Shown here one piece after another: positions 9,942 to 18,090 of a stretch of DNA of 64,000 nucleotides; positions within the stretch are counted from its first letter, which is position 1, and the number at the start of each line of letters is the position of its first letter. The translations under genes were made by a program, and so were the position numbers. The notes under the pieces were generated by a model, which worked only from the letters and a program-made list of their open reading frames with translations, had not been told where the DNA came from and made no database searches. Source of the stretch: Coraliomargarita sp. (GTDB lineage Bacteria > Verrucomicrobiota > Verrucomicrobiia > Opitutales > Coraliomargaritaceae); NCBI GenBank assembly GCA_965216325.1, contig OZ244160.1:256001-320000 (forward strand). The letters run 5' to 3'.

Positions 9942-10439
9942 TTAACCCTTCATGTAGATATCTGCAAGTAGGTTGAAGTGACATTCAAAAGACGATCGAA
10001 GTAGTGCAACTCCTTCGCATTTAACTTTTTGCGCGTTAGGTTCACCGTCTGCGGTGGGGTAGAATCTTAGGGCAGACGGAGCGTAATTCTCCAAGCGTAT
10101 TTCGGCGAAGTTATCATTTCGTCCAGCATTAACAAGCGCTGCGTGCGCGATTGTTACGCCGCCTTGTGGCATGCGGATTCCACGGTGTATATAGTCAGGT
10201 TTCGCGGGATAGGGCTTTGAGCGCGATAGATACTTTACGATAGATCCAGTATTCTCAGGGTCCATTTCCTTATTTATCGAAAAAGAGAAGCTAGATAGAA
10301 GTTCTCCATCATCGCTGACTAGGCCACATGTAGCAACAATGTAAGGTTTTGCATGCGTAACCACATAACGGTTGAAGGCCATTACGATAGGAAAGCCACT
10401 AAGTGCAGGCATTAAATCTATCTTAATCTCTTTGGACAT
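9942..10439 (-). CDS. Hypothetical cargo protein
   Basis: 165-aa ATG ORF ending 25 bp before the next gene; no family recognised. Confidence 0.6.
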   Translation of the reverse strand: MSKEIKIDLMPALSGFPIVMAFNRYVVTHAKPYIVATCGLVSDDGELLSSFSFSINKEMDPENTGSIVKYLSRSKPYPAKPDYIHRGIRMPQGGVTIAHAALVNAGRNDNFAEIRLENYAPSALRFYPTADGEPNAQKVKCEGVALLRSSFECHFNLLADIYMKG

Positions 10440-10539
10440 GAGCGCTCTACGTGCAAAAAGTTCGTTAGATAGTCACACTGCTTGACGGCCAGCAAGCATA
10501 AATTACTGCGCTCGATATTGCCAAACCTTGAAGATATAC

Positions 10540-10580
10540 AAAAACGCCGGCAGCCAGAGTCTCCTCAAGTGCTGCCGGCG
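10540..10580 (-). terminator. Intrinsic terminator after the capsid-protease genes
   Basis: 10-bp stem CGCCGGCAGC/GCTGCCGGCG followed by a T5 tract on the minus strand. Confidence 0.7.
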
Positions 10581-10605
10581 CAACCGTTTTTATGAATACA
10601 AAATC

Positions 10606-11088
10606 TTACAATTCAGACACGGAGGTTCCTTCGTAAGCAGGGAAGGTGACCGGACTAACCTCAATCAAGTCCACTTCGACTAGTGATCGCAGCGCTCGAT
10701 CGCCAGATCTAGTCCAGCGCTCCTTCTTCACAACAAAGCCGATACTCATCCCGCTAATATTTCCGTGCCGAATGTTCTCAACAAGATCCCGCGCAGCCTG
10801 AGTGTTAGGAATGCGCATGTGGAAGCGCAGGCCCTTATCATCCTCTGACAACTTTAAAGTTCCAGCGCTCCGCCGGGCAATTACGTCCGAATCTCTGTGA
10901 TTGTAGAGAGCGCGAACGTCTGCGCCATTACTCAGCGATCGATTGAATGCGCCGCTAACAATCCGCTCATCAAAGTTACCAATAGGAGCAATCTGTCCGT
11001 AAACCGCAGCGTAACCGCTCAGCTCGGTTCCATTTGAAGAACCGCGAAGCTCAACTGAACCCAAAGAGCTAATTTTTCTTTGTTCCAT
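10606..11088 (-). CDS. HK97-family phage prohead protease (peptidase S78-like)
   Basis: LSGYAAVY, ALYNH, GTLKLSEDDKGLRF, GMSIGF, LIEVSPVTFPAY; the ORF can extend to a TTG at 11142. Confidence 0.92.
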   Translation of the reverse strand: MEQRKISSLGSVELRGSSNGTELSGYAAVYGQIAPIGNFDERIVSGAFNRSLSNGADVRALYNHRDSDVIARRSAGTLKLSEDDKGLRFHMRIPNTQAARDLVENIRHGNISGMSIGFVVKKERWTRSGDRALRSLVEVDLIEVSPVTFPAYEGTSVSEL

Positions 11089-11164
11089 AATGCGTGTAAA
11101 ATCGGCGACAGAAGGAAGATTCCCACCAACTGCCGCCGACAACTCATCTACCTAACCAAAGTTA

Positions 11165-12634
11165 CTAGGAATTATCGCAATCCTTGATCGCCGCGAAGCT
11201 TTGCGGACGAACTGGACCACCGTCATAATAGACTGCGGCATGAATCCGAGTCATGCCCTCGCTCCGTTTCGTATAAGGATCAGCCATGACCTCAACCCCG
11301 CTCCATTGAGCGATATAGAAATCAGCCCAAGTGCCAAAGAGGATTGCGCTCAAGTCGGTGCCGCCTCCCTTGCTTAGATTGCCAGGGATCGCATTTGACT
11401 CAAAGAATGGGTATCCAGCCAGGACACCTGGAGCGCGATCGTCCAAGAGCGTCATAGAGTCAGTGCTCGCGATCTTCGCGACAGTCTTAAGTTTTGCTGC
11501 AGTCGCAGAATTGATTGCGAAGGCTGCTGTTCGATCCAATGCGTTGTCAATCGCAACCTCCTTAATGAGATTCACCAGCGCTGCATGAGTTGGCGCACCC
11601 CCATCGACTCCCATTTCCACTAGACCAATGCCAGAGGTTTGCAAAATGCCGGTAGGCTTTTTGTCCCCATCGCCGTTAATGAATGCTCCCTCCATTACAG
11701 TTAGGAGCTTCTGGCGCAAATGGCGCTCTATGATTGTTGTGAGGGTGGCATCGCTGCTCTGCAAAAGCAACTGATTTGAAACATCGATATACGTAGGTAG
11801 ACGCTTCGGCGACAAGCTGAGATCCGTAAATGTCGGCGAATGCTCACCCGCAGCCTCATTCTCGCCCTTATGGCCTGGATCTGCCCCGTCAACAATTCGA
11901 GGGATATCAAGATTGCCAGTAAGCTGATCGAGAACAGTAGCTCCAGCTCTAGCAATAAATAGAGAATCAAACAGTGCGCCCAGGAGGGAGTGCTTATTGG
12001 TCTCAACCGTGAGCCCGCCTTGATCTCCCCCCGTTCCCCCCGTAACGCTGAGGCTGCGGCCTTCTTGATACTCCGAGTAGCTTTGAAAAGCTCGACTACT
12101 AATCATGTAGCCATTACCAGGGAGCCCAGCTGATCGAGCCTCACTTGCACCCTCATCAATGATTTCACGCTCAACACCGTCGATCGCGTGACCATTAAAC
12201 TGAGAGCGAATCAGGCGACCAATTGAGAATTTGGCTGCGTCCCGATCCTCAGAACTAGGGCAAGACCTACGTAGAGGGTTGATAGGAGGATTATAATCGG
12301 GAGTGCGTGTCTTTGCTTCATCAGAAGCGCTCATTACTGCAAGCGGCATCGACCGCACTTCCTCTAAAGTGACAGGCTTTCCGTCGAAGTGCATCGGAGC
12401 GCGACCATCAATAGCACGTTGCTCGCAAATCGCTAGGATTCGATTTCTGCGCTCCTCATCAAAGTTGCGCTTAGGTTCCGCCGGTGACGGCTGTCCGCTT
12501 CTTGTTTCAACCTCTCGGAGGGTTTTCTCGACAAACTCGTGAGCTTGTTCGCCATTTTTAAACGTGCCGCCAGGATCATCAATGCTGACAGAACGGCTTT
12601 CGGGATCTACTTCGATTTTTGTTTTTTTACTCAT
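11165..12634 (-). CDS. HK97-fold phage major capsid protein with long N-terminal scaffold-like region
   Basis: GGLTVET, LDIPR, GENEA, LSPKRL, VSNQLLLQS, INGDGDKKPTGIL, LAGYP, ILFGTW, DPYT, VRPQSFA; ATG at 12634 follows AAGG. Confidence 0.92.
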   Translation of the reverse strand: MSKKTKIEVDPESRSVSIDDPGGTFKNGEQAHEFVEKTLREVETRSGQPSPAEPKRNFDEERRNRILAICEQRAIDGRAPMHFDGKPVTLEEVRSMPLAVMSASDEAKTRTPDYNPPINPLRRSCPSSEDRDAAKFSIGRLIRSQFNGHAIDGVEREIIDEGASEARSAGLPGNGYMISSRAFQSYSEYQEGRSLSVTGGTGGDQGGLTVETNKHSLLGALFDSLFIARAGATVLDQLTGNLDIPRIVDGADPGHKGENEAAGEHSPTFTDLSLSPKRLPTYIDVSNQLLLQSSDATLTTIIERHLRQKLLTVMEGAFINGDGDKKPTGILQTSGIGLVEMGVDGGAPTHAALVNLIKEVAIDNALDRTAAFAINSATAAKLKTVAKIASTDSMTLLDDRAPGVLAGYPFFESNAIPGNLSKGGGTDLSAILFGTWADFYIAQWSGVEVMADPYTKRSEGMTRIHAAVYYDGGPVRPQSFAAIKDCDNS

Positions 12635-12648
12635 ATCAACCTTAGCAA

Positions 12649-13140
12649 TCACAACCCGAAATTTCGCGTAATCGGCGGAATGAGGTCTTTAATCTTCCTC
12701 CTAGTCTCTTCCACAGTCCGAACGGTGACTCCGCACTCCTCTGCGATGCATTTATCGCTTAGAGTTAGCAACTCGAGTTGCTTTAGTGCCACATGGAGCT
12801 TTACGAGGCGGAGAGGACGCAGCTCCTTGTGGACTACTTCACGAATAACTCGCATGCCCATGCCGATCGCGATCTGTTGAATAATTGAATCGAGAGCTTT
12901 GTCATCTCCCTCCTTTGCATAGAATCTTGCCAGGTGGAGCTTTAGATCTTCACCTGGATCGTATTCATCTAGTGGAGCTACATGCTCCCGAGCCTGCGCC
13001 TCCCTCGCTTCTTGGCGCTTTAGTTCATCAATTTCAAACTCGAGCGATACTGGCGAATCAGTGTAACTACCGGCCTGAATATTGCCAAGGCCGACCATTC
13101 CCTTTTGCCTAGAGATTCGAATGCCCTTCGAGCTACCCAT
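12649..13140 (-). CDS. Protein with C-terminal sigma70-region-4/LuxR-like HTH
   Basis: LSDKCIAEECGVTVRTVEETRRKIKD; ends 14 bp before the capsid gene start. Confidence 0.6.
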   Translation of the reverse strand: MGSSKGIRISRQKGMVGLGNIQAGSYTDSPVSLEFEIDELKRQEAREAQAREHVAPLDEYDPGEDLKLHLARFYAKEGDDKALDSIIQQIAIGMGMRVIREVVHKELRPLRLVKLHVALKQLELLTLSDKCIAEECGVTVRTVEETRRKIKDLIPPITRNFGL

Positions 13141-13250
13141 TGCGCTCCCCCCCTGCACCCCCCGCTCCGCATATCCAGGTGGTCATTAGCGTCATATTTA
13201 AGCGATTTTCGGAAGATCCGGAACGGATCGAGGCAAAACTCGCATCGACC

Positions 13251-13341
13251 GGAACCCCCTCGGCACAAAACATGCGCACACATTTTTTTAGCTGAACAGA
13301 CGGTAGGCGGATGCCGGCGGCGCAGGTTTCGACTCCCCCCT
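13251..13341 (-). other. cos-like packaging site (putative)
   Basis: Minus strand reads AGGGGGGAGTCGAAACC-GC-rich core-AAAAAAATGTGTGCGC...AGGGGG, resembling the layout of cos regions of HK97-type phages; located upstream of the head genes. Confidence 0.4.
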
Positions 13342-13438
13342 GGTTGGATCCGGATTGAATGACCAATCCCAGGTAGATGAGGATTATTAAAGCGCTCAGT
13401 TTACCAGGTAGGGAACTCAACCTCCTATCTCTTCTACT

Positions 13439-13526
13439 ACACTTAAGACACCTTTTATGAATATCATCTAAAGAAAATATATATAAAATATATCTAGGTA
13501 GAGTTCGCGCATAGCGTCTTAAGTGT
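13439..13526. other. Putative replication origin: inverted repeat around an AT-rich core
   Basis: ACACTTAAGAC (13439-13449) and GTCTTAAGTGT (13516-13526) flank aaagaaaatatatataaaatatat. Confidence 0.5.
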
Positions 13527-13590
13527 CGTGCCTCAGCTGTCTCTCGAGTATGACCCGAGAACATAAAGCTAGTCAATCTATATACTACGC

Positions 13591-14040
13591 TCATGATGTT
13601 ATTCCATTTTGAGGGGGGAGGGGAGTCTTTAGGTTAACTCCGAAATATCCTCGGCACTGCTTCCCGTTTCGGACGACAGTAGCCGCCCTAGCCACGCCAT
13701 GTAGGGTTCGCATTGCAACCGGTAGCAAACGCTCAAACTCTCTCTTGGTGAGTGTCGGCTGCCGACCTTGCAGCATTTCCAACTCGTAGGCGGTCCAAGC
13801 TTCAGCGGTTGAGATCGAGCTACCTTTATTGCCGGAAATGATTTCCTTGGAGACGAATAGCCCGATGAGAGTTCCAGATCCGAGGAGGTTCTGCACTCTG
13901 GTAATATCTCGCATCGCAGCTAATAGATTGCCCTCCTTTATCGCTTTTGTCGCTGTCTGCATGAGGTCGAGCTTCAGCCATTCGACTCGCCGGTGATCCC
14001 CCGGATGACCCAGCTGAAAGTTAAAATCAGTTTGTATCAT
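13591..14040 (-). CDS. Small protein resembling the C-terminal winged helix of P4/D5-type primase-helicases
   Basis: ISTAEAWTAY...LTKREFERLL...VRNGKQCRGYFGVNLK; no Walker A or primase domain. Confidence 0.5.
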   Translation of the reverse strand: MIQTDFNFQLGHPGDHRRVEWLKLDLMQTATKAIKEGNLLAAMRDITRVQNLLGSGTLIGLFVSKEIISGNKGSSISTAEAWTAYELEMLQGRQPTLTKREFERLLPVAMRTLHGVARAATVVRNGKQCRGYFGVNLKTPLPPQNGITS

Positions 14041-14440
14041 AGCTGCATGGATTGAAGTCAGAGTTTAAGCTTAGCCAGGCGCGCGCATCCTGGAGAGTCG
14101 CGCCTTCGCCAGGCATCTCAAAGCCGGAGCAGATCATCGCATGCACATAAGTCCGGCTCTTTCCTATCGCAGCAGCTAACTCGAATAAAGTAAGCCGCTC
14201 GCCTGGGAATTGAATAATGGAAGTTCCGGATCTTGGCAGCTCGCCGCGATCCTCAGCCTCCTCGCTTATGTAAACTCCGAGCAATTCAACAACTTGACTG
14301 CGCATGCCGATCCACTCCTCGAGGGAGTAGTTTGATACTGATCGATGCAGCGCAGAGATCATATCAAATCCCCTGGCGCGCGCGGGAGCTGGTCTTGCCG
14401 GCTCAAACTTGACAACTATTTGTCCTGCATTATGTTTCAT
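14027..14440 (-). CDS. Protein with C-terminal winged-HTH domain (paralog of the next-but-one gene)
   Basis: ELAAAIGKSRTYVHAMICSGFEMPGEGATLQDARAWL. Confidence 0.6.
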   Translation of the reverse strand: MKHNAGQIVVKFEPARPAPARARGFDMISALHRSVSNYSLEEWIGMRSQVVELLGVYISEEAEDRGELPRSGTSIIQFPGERLTLFELAAAIGKSRTYVHAMICSGFEMPGEGATLQDARAWLSLNSDFNPCSYDTN

Positions 14441-14531
14441 GTTTTTACTGATACATTGAACCGCGTCATCGATTAGGCCCGAGGCGCGGTTTATTTATGT
14501 TCGCAGCCAACACCATGAAGGCCGCCAAAGT

Positions 14532-14723
14532 TTACCGAGTCTCCATTCCTCGAAGTGCCTCGAGTGCCCTATCAATAGGGATTAAAATCAGACGTGGAGT
14601 AGGGCGGCAGTGCGGAACAATGCCCTGCGAAACCAGGTTGTTTACATGGCGACGACTGCAACCGATACGCTTTGCAAACTGAATCGGTTTTTCATATTCG
14701 GCTGTTGGGCTTTCTTGCTTCAT
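14532..14723 (-). CDS. Excisionase/AlpA-like DNA-binding protein
   Basis: 63 aa; FAKRIGCSRRHVNNLVSQGIVPHCR...LILIP winged-HTH pattern. Confidence 0.75.
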   Translation of the reverse strand: MKQESPTAEYEKPIQFAKRIGCSRRHVNNLVSQGIVPHCRPTPRLILIPIDRALEALRGMETR

Positions 14724-14783
14724 GCAACCCATAATGCCGAAAATGCCTCAGTAAAAAAACGAGAGTCGAAAAGTAGAACTTTC

Positions 14784-15440
14784 CTATTTATTCTTCGGGC
14801 GACCCCGAGGCATCTTTAGTAAATTCCAGCCCATTGCCTTAGCTGCGCTCTCGATCGTTTTCTTGTCAGCGGTGCAGTGACTAAGTTCATCAGAAACTTG
14901 CTGCCAGGTGAGCTCCTCCCCATCTCGCTCCGCACGCTGTTTTATTATGACCATTTCTAACCGGACCGGATCAAGCGGGCCTGTTGATTCCTTTTTGCGG
15001 CGCAAACTACGGGAAAGAGCCTCAAAGAATTCAAAATTAAGCTCCTCTATTTTTCCACGAAGAAGCTTTCCCAGGTATTCATCCTCAAATCCTTCTTGCC
15101 CTGTTTGATGGTCGAGAACCACTTGATCGCAGACACCCAAATCCGGATGATTTATTACATCCTCGCCATCGGAAAAGAAACAGATGCGCTCATTGAACCC
15201 CCCTGGCATATCAGGCAGATACATATTAGGCTTCCTTCCAGTCTTCACTGGGTTGCTCTTCTTTTTGTTATACGCTGTTGAGGAAAATTTTGGATTCGCG
15301 GCAAGCCACGCCCGAGCCTCACTTAAAGTCGCCCTGGATCCAGGCATAACAAACCCCGCTTCCTTCATCGCAAATATGTATCCACGGTTGCGACCAAGTT
15401 CAGCCGCCAACTCTTTCACAGATAGTAACTTTTCAGTCAT
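14784..15440 (-). CDS. DNA-binding protein with N-terminal winged-HTH, coupled to the integrase
   Basis: ATGA overlap with the integrase stop (15437-15440), GGAGGA RBS; LSVKELAAELGRNRGY...ARAWL. Confidence 0.7.
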   Translation of the reverse strand: MTEKLLSVKELAAELGRNRGYIFAMKEAGFVMPGSRATLSEARAWLAANPKFSSTAYNKKKSNPVKTGRKPNMYLPDMPGGFNERICFFSDGEDVINHPDLGVCDQVVLDHQTGQEGFEDEYLGKLLRGKIEELNFEFFEALSRSLRRKKESTGPLDPVRLEMVIIKQRAERDGEELTWQQVSDELSHCTADKKTIESAAKAMGWNLLKMPRGRPKNK

Positions 15441-16618
15441 GCAACATCCTCCACTAATTGAGCGCCCTTCGGCGCTATTCTCCAAAACTTCACGCCGTCG
15501 GCCTTTTTTACCAGGGCCCTATAGTGCTGCAAAACCATTTCAGGCGTGCCGTGCCCCATGGCCTCCTGCAGCTTCTTGATATCGCCATAAGCGGCTAGGT
15601 GATAGCTCGCGAAGGAGTGCCGCAGAACATCCTGCTTTTTCGCTATTCCGACAACGTGGCGAATCGCTTTAATCTTATCCCCCCATACGGATGGAATGAT
15701 TCTCCCCGTTCGTTCCCCTTCGGGCGTCAACTCCAGCCAGGCGCGGAGATTTGTGGCCATTTCAATATTCCGGACGGACCGCGTTTTCGCTACATCGAGA
15801 CCGACCTTAATAAACTCATGGTCAAAGTCTACGTGCTCCCAATGTAGCCGAGTAATTTCTTTCGGACGGATTCCCGCGAAAAGTTGCAAAGCAACAGCCG
15901 GAATACAGTCGGAGCAATCTAGGCGGTAACTCATCGGGATGTTCTTTTCCTTCCGGTGGTCGCGACAAGCCTCGAGAACCGCCTCACACTCCTCGAGTGT
16001 TGCAATCTCAGTCGGTGACTTCTTCGGCTTCCGTGATTCGATCCGAGTAAATGGGTTTTCGTCTAGATAACCCCGCTTTATGGCGAAACTGAAAGCAGGA
16101 CGAATCGTCCTTGAAGCATTGTCGAATTGTCGGTCCGTATGGAAAGATCCTTCGATAGCCTTCTCTATCTCGATTGGCTCAATCTCCGAAACTGTCCTTT
16201 GTCCCAATGCAGCAATAAGAGGGACCGAATACCGAGACATGTCCTTTAAATATGAATCCGAAACGCTAGTCTCCTTGCGCTCTTGGTATTCGTTCCAGAG
16301 AGCTTCTAGGGTGACAGAGCGATCTGTCCTTTCTTTCCAGTCGCTCCAATGTTGAGCGGCCTCCGAGAGCGTGCAGCGACCGTTTAGAATATCGTAGGCT
16401 TTCGCCGCGTCCTCGGCTTCTCCAGCGGTTAGCCGGCGAGAAGTCTCGCCCCATTTTCGGAGCTCGCCCTTTATCCTGGATGCTTCGGTCTTTGCCTTGC
16501 TTTCGTTTGAGAAAAACAGGCGCTGTCTCTTTCCAGTCGGGGAGGCTTTTGCGCTGACATCAAGTAGCCAGCGGCCATCAGGCAAGGATTTCGGCTCAAG
16601 TGCAGGTGATTTCGGCAT
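15437..16618 (-). CDS. Tyrosine recombinase (phage integrase)
   Basis: AGIRPKEI (R), AKTR (K), LRHSFASYH (H-x-x-R region reads DVLRH), AMGH (H), QHY (Y); about 110 bp from the att repeat. Confidence 0.95.
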   Translation of the reverse strand: MPKSPALEPKSLPDGRWLLDVSAKASPTGKRQRLFFSNESKAKTEASRIKGELRKWGETSRRLTAGEAEDAAKAYDILNGRCTLSEAAQHWSDWKERTDRSVTLEALWNEYQERKETSVSDSYLKDMSRYSVPLIAALGQRTVSEIEPIEIEKAIEGSFHTDRQFDNASRTIRPAFSFAIKRGYLDENPFTRIESRKPKKSPTEIATLEECEAVLEACRDHRKEKNIPMSYRLDCSDCIPAVALQLFAGIRPKEITRLHWEHVDFDHEFIKVGLDVAKTRSVRNIEMATNLRAWLELTPEGERTGRIIPSVWGDKIKAIRHVVGIAKKQDVLRHSFASYHLAAYGDIKKLQEAMGHGTPEMVLQHYRALVKKADGVKFWRIAPKGAQLVEDVA

Positions 16619-16727
16619 GACTCCAGACTGCCCAATGATGCCCAAACAACAAGCCTTTAATGCCTTAAATGCCTAAATAGTGCCTAAATTACATGTTGAT
16701 AAGCAATGGCTTAGGTAATTGCGGCAA

Positions 16728-16781
<54 letters not shown>

Positions 16782-16936
16782 TTCGTTTGGCGTGACTTTG
16801 TTCGTCAAACTGCCAAGGGCACCCGTTTTCCTCACCCACTACGTGGGCTACGCCATCTTCGTGCTTTCGCACTACGTCACCCTCCGGGTGGTCCGATCTG
16901 CGGTGCAGTCGGTCATGTCGGCCTTCGGCCTCGGAA

Positions 16937-16957
16937 CAAGTCCCGCCCTGGGCACCA
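16937..16957 (+). repeat. Second, shorter duplicate of the tRNA-Leu 3' end
   Basis: caagtcccgccctgggcacca identical to 8760-8780. Confidence 0.9.
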
Positions 16958-16987
16958 ACGGCTTGTGCGATTTCTGGCTGCCCTGCA

Positions 16988-17922
16988 TTAGAAGTGGTGC
17001 ACCCAGCGAAGGTTGCCACGTGTGCCTTCTGGTCGGTTTTCGGCTTCCATCTCAACGTAGAGGTTAAAGAAGATATGGTCTTCGGGTGAGAAGCTATAGA
17101 TGAAACCGGGGCCGAGTGCGAGGACCTGCTCTTCGCTATCCGATAGCGAGTCTCCGTTGATCTCGTCCTCTTCGAATTGGTAGAATGCATAGCCGTTCAG
17201 ACCGATGCGTAGCTGGTCCGGAATCAGCATGTAGGCCATTGCAAAGTTCGCATGCAAGGATTGGCCGGCTTGAATGTCGATGCCGCCCGGGCCGTCGGTA
17301 TTCTCGTCATTCCAAAGATAGTGCAGACGCCAGCTTCAGTCCATTTGGGCGAAAGAAAGAGAGTGCCTGCCCAGTAGGGGTTGAAGGAGAAGTGGTTGCT
17401 ACTGGGATTGGCTGCGTTGTCTTTATCGTATTTTCCGGTTGGGAAAATCATCTGCAGTTCGACGCGGTGCATGAAGATCGGTCCGTTGTCGCCCATAATT
17501 GGATCCCATTGTAGGAAGGGGCCTACGAGCAGGTCACCGAGACCTGTTTCGTCGGAGCTCGGCAGCGGGCTGCTTCGGGCATCGAGGTCCAGGTGCACCA
17601 CGGGCACGATCACATCCAGGCCCCACTTTCCTCCAGCCAAAATCGTCTGATCGGATTGGTATATGAACTGAGAGAGTGAGATGAAGGCGTCGAGCTCGGG
17701 GTCGCCCGGGATTTCATCGTTGCCAGTTAGGGTGAATTCGTCGGCCGTCCAATATTGAAAATATTGGGTAAAGTAGAAGCCGGGGCCTGCGGGGGGCCCT
17801 CCGTCGAGAAAACTAGTAAAGCCCAGATTCACGGACGGCTGGTTATAGGCCAGCGCGGTGCTTCCTGTGGTTGCCAGTGAGAGTGTGAGGAGTAGGGCGG
17901 ACAAGTGTTGTTGCAGCTTCAT
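16988..17922 (-). pseudogene. SphA/MetA-pathway-type outer-membrane protein, frameshifted (or sequencing error)
   Basis: ORFs 17224-17922 and 16988-17257 join with one extra base near 17336-17337 ([17 protein letters not shown]...LHANFA); C-terminal Phe. Confidence 0.75.
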
Positions 17923-18090
17923 TCGTTATCTTGACGGGGAGTTGTTTGATGTGAGTGCCAGCCTCCGCATCTATCTTTGGCTAGCAAGCTCTTGGCTCTC
18001 AGGGACAAGGAAATTAGGTTCTCGAAAGGCTGCTATTAGACGAGTCATTGGCCTTGAGATCGCTGGCTTGTGCCTACTAATGTCGACGCA

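Noticed and set aside
11165..12634. Encapsulin nanocompartment
   Set aside because: Context (prohead protease, integrase, att sites) and the long N-terminal extension favour a phage-type capsid; no cargo enzyme is adjacent
13133..13594. 153-aa ORF in the satellite overlapping both neighbours
   Set aside because: Runs through the ori-like and cos-like DNA and has no protein-like motif; not called, although its overlaps with both neighbours mean it cannot be fully excluded
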